Origin: Kiritimatiellota bacterium
GTDB taxonomy: Bacteria; Verrucomicrobiota; Kiritimatiellia; RFP12; UBA1067
Length of the DNA stretch: 61,606 nucleotides
Assembly (NCBI GenBank): GCA_009778475.1
Contig: WRJS01000004.1
Location: 1-61,606, forward strand
Reading direction: 5' to 3'
Made by a program: the position numbers and the translations under genes
Notes under the pieces: generated by a model
Databases searched by the model: none
What the model was told of the DNA's origin: nothing
What the model saw: only the letters and a program-made list of their open reading frames with translations
In this document: positions 1 to 7,259 of the stretch, piece after piece
Layout of the letters: the number at the start of each line of letters is the position of its first letter
Numbering within the stretch: position 1 is the first letter of the stretch

Positions 1-975
1 GTGCGCGTCGCGCAGCATCGGCAGGTTCAGCAACGCCGCACGGACACGGTCGGCGAACTGTTCCGCGTCGCCGCAGGCCTTGTTGTCGCTATCGTCGTTC
101 AGACGCACCAACAGCGCATCCCTGTCCGCCGCCAGCGTCGCGAGCCACGCGGGCGCCTTGCAGTCGGCGGGCCACTGCTTCGCCATGTCCGCCAGCGCAA
201 GCGCGACCGCCTCGCAGTTGATGTCCGCAAGCCGCCGCGCCAGCGCAAGGCGCGCGCCCGTCAGATTGGATGCGCGGGCGATGCCCCACTTGGCGGAGAG
301 ACGCGCCTCGATGCCCTCGCGCACATCCGTCGGCAACGCGGAATCGTACACCAGCACCTCGGCGATGTCGCCGCAGAAATAACGCTTGTCATTGCCGCTC
401 GGCTCACGGTAATTGCCGAGCGCGGACGGCCAGTTGATTGGCACTGCAGATACGGCCGTGACCACGTGCGCCTCGCCACGCGTCTCCGCATTCGCCTCCT
501 GCTGGATGCCGTTGACGAAGAGCCGCCCCACGTTCCCGTTCCCGCGCGTCCCCGGGAAATCACCCGATGCGCCGGGGTAACGCCAGCAGGTGGTTGACTT
601 CTCCGTGCGAAGCCCATCGTCACCACCCTTCTGCCCCCACACGCTCCCGTGATCCGGGCCGGGGCTGATTCGCGCGACGATGAACACCGTCTGCATCGGC
701 GCGGAAAAATCCGTCGCGAGGCACGTCGAACGCTTCCCCCCGAACGCCACGCCCCCGCGGCCGCCGAACGCATCAGGGTTGAACGCAGGCCGCGCCCCCG
801 CCGCATCCTGCGCGAACGCGACGGCCCGCCCGTCCGCGTCACGCCACACCGCCACGCCACCGCCCTCGACGGCCAGCGACTCCTGCGCCGACGCATCCAG
901 ATGGTAAACGACATTCTGCGCCGCCGCCGCAAAACCGACGAGAGCCAATCCCCCTAATATGATGAAACGTTTCAT
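1..975 (-). CDS. Secreted protein with N-terminal LamG/concanavalin-like domain, truncated by window edge
   Basis: Not in ORF track; read manually: MKRFIILGGLALVGFAAAAQNVVYHLDAS...RYFCGDIAEVLVYDSAL...RLSAKWG; signal peptide, GAGAGGGG RBS, frame open to base 1. Confidence 0.75.
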   Translation of the reverse strand, partial: MKRFIILGGLALVGFAAAAQNVVYHLDASAQESLAVEGGGVAVWRDADGRAVAFAQDAAGARPAFNPDAFGGRGGVAFGGKRSTCLATDFSAPMQTVFIVARISPGPDHGSVWGQKGGDDGLRTEKSTTCWRYPGASGDFPGTRGNGNVGRLFVNGIQQEANAETRGEAHVVTAVSAVPINWPSALGNYREPSGNDKRYFCGDIAEVLVYDSALPTDVREGIEARLSAKWGIARASNLTGARLALARRLADINCEAVALALADMAKQWPADCKAPAWLATLAADRDALLVRLNDDSDNKACGDAEQFADRVRAALLNLPMLRDAH

Positions 976-1076
976 ATCGCCCCTCTCAAATCCATTTTAA
1001 CGGATTCGGTTAGTATGCCACAAACGGAAGAGGATGTATAGCGTGTTTTTGGAGGAACATCCTAGGATTCTGTGAA

Positions 1077-1790
1077 GGCTCTTGTCTAGTTAAGGATTAA
1101 ATTTGTAACACATTTTTGCATAGGATGTCAAACAAATCCTGCCCCTTGTTATTGAACCTGAACTCACACTCCTTGAGGTACAGCACGAACCTCGCCGAGG
1201 CGATGCCGTTGAACTTCGCCAGCCGCCGCTTGGCGTAGCTCCAGAAGCTCTCGATGCCGTTGACGTGGCACTTGCCCCGCGCGAACTCGTCCCGCGAGTG
1301 GAACACCCTGTAGTGGTCGTAGCCGTTCAGGATCAGCCCGTCGTACGCGCCCCACCCGTCGGTGTAGACCGTCGCGTTTTCCAGTATCCTGCCTTGGATA
1401 ATGGGCATCAGCTCCTCTTTGGAGCAGCTTCTGACGACGGTCAGGAACACCTGCCCGCCCCGCTTCAGCACGCCGAACACGGGCGTCTTGCCCGCCGCGC
1501 CGCGCCCCCGTTTCCCGCGAACCCTCCTCGCCCCGAAGTAGCTCTCGTCAAGCTCTATCTCCCCGGCAAAGGGCATCAGCGCCTGATGCTGGTACTCCAG
1601 GATGCGCTCGCGGAAAAGGGTGAAATAACGTTCCGCCGTGTGCCGGTTGTATCCCAGCAGCAGCGCCGTCTTGCCCGCCGTGATGTCCACGCAAAAGCAC
1701 ATCAGAATTTTTTTCACCCTGTACCTGCTTAATCGCCAACGTTTTTGCATAGTTTAAGGATACTCCAAAATCCTTAACTAGACAAGAGCC
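1077..1790 (-). mobile_element. IS1595-family insertion sequence (IS1016-like size, 714 bp)
   Basis: Perfect 22-bp TIRs ggctcttgtctagttaaggatt (1077-1098 / 1769-1790); 8-bp TSD tctgtgaa (1069-1076 / 1791-1798). Confidence 0.95.
1097..1750 (-). CDS. IS1595-family DDE transposase
   Basis: Motifs ELDESYFG, RGRGAAGKTPVFG, VYTDGW, HVNGIESFWS, LKECEFRFN. Confidence 0.95.
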   Translation of the reverse strand: MQKRWRLSRYRVKKILMCFCVDITAGKTALLLGYNRHTAERYFTLFRERILEYQHQALMPFAGEIELDESYFGARRVRGKRGRGAAGKTPVFGVLKRGGQVFLTVVRSCSKEELMPIIQGRILENATVYTDGWGAYDGLILNGYDHYRVFHSRDEFARGKCHVNGIESFWSYAKRRLAKFNGIASARFVLYLKECEFRFNNKGQDLFDILCKNVLQI

Positions 1791-1811
1791 TCTGTGAAAT
1801 ACAAATTTCAC

Positions 1812-1829
1812 TGGAGGGCGAGCGTCCTC
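1812..1829 (+). repeat. REP-like repeat, family B (tggagggcgagcgtcctc)
   Basis: Identical to 35601-35618; related inverted copy near 26260-26285. Confidence 0.6.
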
Positions 1830-1857
1830 CATCGTGAAATCTGTATTTTGCAGGACA

Positions 1858-4800
1858 CTAGATGTCGTCCGTGAAGGCGGCGGCGGTGGGGGAAAGGTCT
1901 TTCAGCTTGCGGCTCGGGGTTGTCTCGACGCTCCGGATGAAGTCCGCAAGGCGCGCCGCCTCCCGGCCGGGGTTGCGCCACCAGTTGGTGCTCCAGACGC
2001 GGTGGAACACGAAGCCGTAATTCTCCAGCATCTTTTTCCGGTGCAGGTCGTAGAGGTAGGCCTCGCGGCAGGAATGGTGCTTTGCGCCGTCGCACTCGAT
2101 GGCGACCTTCGGCACGCCTCTCGTTTGGGGGTCGTAGGCGACATCGATTTTGAACCCGGCGAACTGGAGGTGCGGCGTGAGCTTGTCCGCGCCGAGATGC
2201 GCGGCGAGGCCGCGGTAAACTTCCGCTTCAAACGGCGCCGCGTGTTTTTCCGCGTCGCCCGGCCCGAGCGCGGCCATGGCGGATGCGTTCTCCGCGAGCG
2301 CGGCAAGGACGGCCTGGCGCGAGGCGTCGTCCGAGCCGCTGGTGGCCTTGCAGTAGGCGAGGTAGGCGTAGAGCACGGCCCGTTTGTTGTTGGCGCCTTC
2401 CGCCGCCAGATGCTCCTTGTAGCCGAGGAATACCTGCTCGGGTATGGAGGTGCAGCAATAGACCTTATACTTCGCCCGCGTGACGATCACGTTCAGCAGC
2501 TTGTAGCCTTTGGAGTGGTTGATCGGCCCGAAGCGCTGGGCGAACTTCCCGTCCTTCCCCGGCCCGTAGGTCGTCGAGAGGATGATGACGTCGCGCTCGT
2601 CGCCTTGGATGTTCTCCAGGTTTTTCACGAACAGCCCGTTCTCTTCCATCTCCTGTATCTTGGCGTTGAAGTCCGCGTACGCCGGGGATTTCTGGCGGTT
2701 CAGGATTTTCCCTTTGATCAGGTTGCGTTGCGCGATGTTGAACGTGGCGATGCCGACCGAGGGGTATTTCCCGCTTGGCAGGCGGTGGATGTTCTTTTCA
2801 AGGATCGACAGCACCGAGTCGGCCTCCGCTTCGTTGGCGTGGTCAACGAAAATCCCGTTCACGGGGATGTATTTGACGGGGACGTAATCGAAGGTGCTGG
2901 GGAGCGGGCTCAGCCGCTGGTTGTAAAACGCGTGGTTGGAGAAGTCAATCAGGTACGGGTGGCGCGAACGGTAATGGAAGTCCAGGTGCTGCTTGGTGAA
3001 TTTCAGCTCCAGTCCGAAATCGAGCAGGGACTCGCAGGAGAGCAGGATGTCGTCCTTGTCGATCTTCACTTGGTCGGGCTCTTCCTCGTCCAGGTCGTCC
3101 TCGTCCTCGACCGCGCCGTCGAACACCTTGCTGAAATAGTTGGAGGGCGGCATCTGGTGCTCGTCGCCGGCGATGACGACCTGCTTGCCTTTGAGGATGG
3201 CGGGGAGGTTGTCTTCGATGCGCAGCTGGCTGGCCTCGTCGAACATCACGATGTCGAAGTACCGGTTCATCCCCTTGAACAGGTTGCTCGCGACATCCGG
3301 CGAGGTCAGTATAACCGGGAAGAACGTCGAGAACAGGCCGGGGTCTGCCTGAACCATCTGCCGCAGCGAGAGGCGCTTGAAGCGGTGGCTGCTCCGTTTG
3401 TTGTACAGGTTCTCCACGGTCACGCCGTTGTGCTTCTGCTCGAACTCCCGCGCGGCGTCGATCTGCTTCGAGAACCAAAAGTCCCTGATGAATTTCAGCT
3501 GCTTCTTCCCGATGTCGCCGAGCGCGGCCTCGAGCTGCTGATGCTCCTCGTCGTTTGTCGGCAGGTCCGTTGTGGCGGTGCTGACCAGCAATGCGTTCAG
3601 GTAGAAAATCAAAAACGTTTTCCGCCAGTCCGCCTTTGCCTTTAACGCGTCCACGACGGTCCGCTCGGGTTCCGACAGCCCGTTGTAGAACTGGAGCCAT
3701 CTGAACTCAACCGTGAAGAGGTCTTTGTCCGCGTTGAAATAACCGCGCTTGGCGTTGATGGCGGCCTCCACGGCGTTGACGAGCGCGCGGAAATCCGTTG
3801 CTTTCAGCGCATCCTTCTGCCAGCCGTCCGCATTGGCCTTGGCCTGCAAATCGCCGGCCGCCTTTTGGAGCGCCGGGAGGCTTTTCAATGCGAGCGTGCC
3901 GGGATTGACCCCGAGCAGGTTCATCTGCTGAAACTCGCTTTGGATTTTCGCGTCGAACCCGCTTTTGACGCCATCCATGCCGGCCATCACGGACGCCAAG
4001 GAATTGTGCCTCGCTTCGAGCTTGCCGGTGAACGCAAAGGCATCAAGGTCCTTCGCGCGTTTCAGGTGGTTTTCGAGTTTCAGGAAATCGCCTTGCAACG
4101 CCAGATAGTTGGCGCGGTTCTGCTTCTTGGCCTTTGAGAAGAGCGACTGGAGCAGATAACCGAAACCCGCAATCTTCGCTTCGTCGGCAAAATCCGGCTC
4201 ATCCCTTGCGGTGTCCCAGACGGCGTCTATCCGCGCCTTCATCTGGCGGGCCGCTTCAATCTGCTGATTGAGCTCGTCCTGCCGCAGGGCAACATACTCG
4301 CCCCTGACGACCTCTTCCAGCGCCCTCATCTGCTCAAGCTGTTTTGCGTAACAATCAAAATCGTCGTGTATGGCCTGCTCGATGGCGTAGGGGTTGTCCC
4401 CGGCCAGCTTTCGGGGATTGAGGAACGACATGTTTTCAATCGGCAGGAAGTCCGCATACAGCGGCTGGCCTTTCCGCACAAGGTCGAGGAGCCCGCTTAA
4501 CTCTTGCGCGGAATAGGTGAACGCATGTTTCCCGATGCTTAATGCGCAGTCATCCGCATTCGTCTTCAGCTCCGCCAGCAGGTCCCCCACGACATCCGTC
4601 CACGACTTCCCGCCGAGCAGCGGCTGCGCGAGTTTCCGGTGCCTGGCGTTGATGCTCGTGATGAGGGCTTCCGCCTTCCTGACGATGTTGTCCAGCGGCG
4701 TCTTCGAATACGTGTAGCGCTGCCTCCTGTACTCCGCGTTGTCGATGCGCCCCCGCACGGAATCCACGACCGCCCTGCGGTCCTTCACGATGTCCCGGAT

Positions 4801-5907
4801 CAAGACGCAATGGGTGTCCAGCCCTTTCTCGGCGAGGGCGCTGTGCAGCACCTCGAGCGCGGTGCGCTTCTCGCAGACGACGATCGTCCGCTTGTTGTTC
4901 TCCAGCGCGTTGATGAGGACGGCCGTGAGCGTCTGGCTTTTCCCCGTCCCCGGCGGCCCTTGGATGAGGATGTTCCGCGCGGTCTCCAGCGCATGGAGGA
5001 TGCTCTGCTGCGAGGGGTCCGTCTCCACGGACGAAATCGGCTGGAACGAATGCCCCGCCAAATCATCCAGCGGGAGGTCAGCCGCCGTGAGCGCCATGAG
5101 GCCGTCGTAATCGTCGATGATGTTCTGCTTCTGCACCTCGAAAATCGAGAACAGCCCCGCAAACTCGATGAACGCGTTCGCCGAGTTTGCGAGGAGCCTT
5201 TCGTAATGCGCCTTGTCGCCGATGGGGGCAACGCGCTCCAGCTGCTGCCTGAACGTCCCCGCCAGGTCCTCGGGCGACGTGGTGTTCAGCGTCCTGACGA
5301 GCTTGGCGCAGATTTCGACCAGCTCCTCCTTGCTGATCAGGCCGTCATCCAGCATCTCCCCCGGTATCGGCTCGATCTCCACGCTCAACTCGCTTTGCAG
5401 GTGGTTGACCAGGACCTCGTTGATGTAGATGGGGTCATCCTCGTTCCGCAGGATCTCCCACGTGTTGAACTCGCGCGTCGGCCTGATCCGCAAGCTCCAG
5501 ATCAGGACCGGCGCGACCGCCAGCTTGTTGTCCGCCGTGTCGCGCCGCGCGAGGATGGGGAACCCGAACCCGAACGTGTTGATGCCCTTCTCGGACTCGA
5601 TCGCCTCGGTCTGGTTGATGAGCTCCTCGAACGCCTTGGTGATCTTGACCAGATGGGACTGCTCCTCCTTGGGCAGCGCGCTCAGGTCCGGGACGTTACC
5701 CTTCCACGTGACCTTGAATTTCAGCGGCTGCTCCGAGAGCAACGCGTTGATGAACTTGGCGGGCAGCCCCTCGTCGATGTGAGAGAGCCTGTTCAGGTCG
5801 AACTTGTAGCGCGAGTTGGCAGGGATGGCGTTCAGGTGCACGCCCCTGCGGTTGCCGATTTTCAGCCGCTTCTGAAGTTCCGCCAACAGTTTCCCAGTCA
5901 ATAGCAT
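1858..5907 (-). CDS. DUF4011-like + SF1 (Upf1-like) helicase + C-terminal Vsr/MTES_1575-like endonuclease; Hhe-like defence protein
   Basis: Walker A IQGPPGTGKSQT, FDEASQ, GDEHQMPP, HYRS, NIQGDERD, LNVIVTRAK; C-terminal IDVA..AIECDG..H..RVWSTNWWRNP. Start MLLTGKLL at 5907 preferred over 6036. Confidence 0.85.
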   Translation of the reverse strand: MLLTGKLLAELQKRLKIGNRRGVHLNAIPANSRYKFDLNRLSHIDEGLPAKFINALLSEQPLKFKVTWKGNVPDLSALPKEEQSHLVKITKAFEELINQTEAIESEKGINTFGFGFPILARRDTADNKLAVAPVLIWSLRIRPTREFNTWEILRNEDDPIYINEVLVNHLQSELSVEIEPIPGEMLDDGLISKEELVEICAKLVRTLNTTSPEDLAGTFRQQLERVAPIGDKAHYERLLANSANAFIEFAGLFSIFEVQKQNIIDDYDGLMALTAADLPLDDLAGHSFQPISSVETDPSQQSILHALETARNILIQGPPGTGKSQTLTAVLINALENNKRTIVVCEKRTALEVLHSALAEKGLDTHCVLIRDIVKDRRAVVDSVRGRIDNAEYRRQRYTYSKTPLDNIVRKAEALITSINARHRKLAQPLLGGKSWTDVVGDLLAELKTNADDCALSIGKHAFTYSAQELSGLLDLVRKGQPLYADFLPIENMSFLNPRKLAGDNPYAIEQAIHDDFDCYAKQLEQMRALEEVVRGEYVALRQDELNQQIEAARQMKARIDAVWDTARDEPDFADEAKIAGFGYLLQSLFSKAKKQNRANYLALQGDFLKLENHLKRAKDLDAFAFTGKLEARHNSLASVMAGMDGVKSGFDAKIQSEFQQMNLLGVNPGTLALKSLPALQKAAGDLQAKANADGWQKDALKATDFRALVNAVEAAINAKRGYFNADKDLFTVEFRWLQFYNGLSEPERTVVDALKAKADWRKTFLIFYLNALLVSTATTDLPTNDEEHQQLEAALGDIGKKQLKFIRDFWFSKQIDAAREFEQKHNGVTVENLYNKRSSHRFKRLSLRQMVQADPGLFSTFFPVILTSPDVASNLFKGMNRYFDIVMFDEASQLRIEDNLPAILKGKQVVIAGDEHQMPPSNYFSKVFDGAVEDEDDLDEEEPDQVKIDKDDILLSCESLLDFGLELKFTKQHLDFHYRSRHPYLIDFSNHAFYNQRLSPLPSTFDYVPVKYIPVNGIFVDHANEAEADSVLSILEKNIHRLPSGKYPSVGIATFNIAQRNLIKGKILNRQKSPAYADFNAKIQEMEENGLFVKNLENIQGDERDVIILSTTYGPGKDGKFAQRFGPINHSKGYKLLNVIVTRAKYKVYCCTSIPEQVFLGYKEHLAAEGANNKRAVLYAYLAYCKATSGSDDASRQAVLAALAENASAMAALGPGDAEKHAAPFEAEVYRGLAAHLGADKLTPHLQFAGFKIDVAYDPQTRGVPKVAIECDGAKHHSCREAYLYDLHRKKMLENYGFVFHRVWSTNWWRNPGREAARLADFIRSVETTPSRKLKDLSPTAAAFTDDI

Positions 5908-5992
5908 ATCCGAAATCCCCAAGAGTTGATGCATCAATATACCGCAAGGCAGGTCACGCGCACAAGGACAAAAGAAACCGCGCACGGCAAAG

Positions 5993-6058
5993 GCGTGGCT
6001 CGCCGCCAACGCCACCAACATGGCGTGGGCGCTCACCCTGCCGACTCCCGACTCCTGA
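5993..6058 (+). pseudogene. Tiny remnant of polymorphic-protein cassette (AWLAANATNMAWALTLPTPDS*)
   Basis: Near-identical to the end of cassette 13602-14447 and to 10676-10725. Confidence 0.75.
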
Positions 6059-6085
6059 CTCCGAAATGCCCCCTGAAAAATGTGC

Positions 6086-6114
6086 TTGCATTTCCTTCGG
6101 GGGCAGTGTATCTT
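6086..6114 (+). promoter_or_regulatory. Putative sigma70 promoter of the cassette operon (copy at 14475-14503)
   Basis: TTGCAT-17bp-TATCTT, overlapping an imperfect hairpin 6067-6105. Confidence 0.45.
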
Positions 6115-6396
6115 TTACACCCTCGCCTCTTTTAAGGCGGGGGCGTAGCGCGGGGCCGGGGGCCATGCTTGCCGTTGTGTTTCAGGTTGTGCATCGCTGT
6201 GTATTGTCGCAGAGTCGGAATAGCCAAGTTGGCGCTTTTTTGAGTGCCTACCATTTTTGATGCGGGAGTATATGGGATGCGCCGCGCTATGTGGCGTATT
6301 CTGTGTCATGTGTTAATAGAGTTTTGGCTAACTCCGATTCTGCATGTGTGAGTATGCCACTTATGGTGAGTGGCGCGTAAAAAAACGGGAGGGGTT

Positions 6397-7254
6397 ATGG
6401 CGGAAAGGTTTATTGCAGTGGCGGAGTCGGTCGGGCGCGGGCTGGCGGTTGCGGGGTATGTGGTGGTGGCGGTCTCGCTGGCGGTGGCCTTCGCGGCGCG
6501 GCTGTGGGAGTCGGGGCTGGCGGGGGAGATGTGGCGGGAGTTCGTCGTGGCGGCGCGGAGGCGGGACGCGTGGGTGTGGGCGCTTATCACGGTGGGCCTG
6601 TCGCTGTGCGCGCAGAAGCGGGGCCCGGCGGAGTGGCTGGAGGAGTGGCGCGAAAGGGCGCAGGGCGGCGGGGCGCAAGCTGAGGGCGGGTTCCCCGGCG
6701 GGCCGCAGAGGGGCGGCGCCGAGGGCGGGGGGCGCGTGGTGTTCCAGTCGGGGGTGCCGCTGGCGGGGCCGCTGCCGGGCGTGGCGGTGCGGTGCGTGAT
6801 GCTCTCCTGCAACGGGGCGGCGGAGGACCTGGCGACGCTGCTGGACGCGCCGGAGGCCGCGCGGCTGAGGATGGCGGCGGAGGGCGGGCTGGAGCCTTGG
6901 ATGGACCCGGCGGAGGCGTCGCTGACGGGGCAGTTCGCGCTGCCGTCCTGGGGGCCTGAGATGTGGCGGGTGGTGACGGTTGACCTCGGGGGCGCCGTGC
7001 CGCTGGGCGACCTGCTCTTCGGGGACGCGGCGGGGCTCGGGGAGTGGGCGCGGCAGTGGCGGGGGGAGATCGCGGAGGCGGTGTTCTTCGACGACATCCC
7101 GGGCGACGGCGCGCGCGCGGGCGTGGCCAACTGGCTGGCGGCGCGGCGGGGCGCGGGGCGGCTCTACCCCGCGACGGCGGCCGAGCGCGGCGCGGCGATC
7201 GCGGCGGGCCTGAACTCCGGTGTTGACTGGGCGACGGTGATTATCGTAAGATAG
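6397..7254 (+). CDS. Membrane-anchored protein with LamG-like C-terminal motif, first gene of the cassette operon (copy 1)
   Basis: GGAGGGG RBS; two N-terminal hydrophobic segments; RQWRGEIAEAVFFD resembles the GDIAEVLVYD motif of gene 1-975; ends ATVIIVR. Confidence 0.6.
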   Translation: MAERFIAVAESVGRGLAVAGYVVVAVSLAVAFAARLWESGLAGEMWREFVVAARRRDAWVWALITVGLSLCAQKRGPAEWLEEWRERAQGGGAQAEGGFPGGPQRGGAEGGGRVVFQSGVPLAGPLPGVAVRCVMLSCNGAAEDLATLLDAPEAARLRMAAEGGLEPWMDPAEASLTGQFALPSWGPEMWRVVTVDLGGAVPLGDLLFGDAAGLGEWARQWRGEIAEAVFFDDIPGDGARAGVANWLAARRGAGRLYPATAAERGAAIAAGLNSGVDWATVIIVR

Positions 7255-7259
7255 GGGGC

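Noticed and set aside
5908-6036. Extended N-terminus of the helicase (start 6036)
   Set aside because: It is the antisense of the cassette remnant; MLLTGK at 5907 is more plausible
6138-6152. ggggcgtagcgc resembling a tRNA 5' end or an RfaH ops site
   Set aside because: No cloverleaf or T-loop follows and the ops match is only partial; expected by chance at this GC
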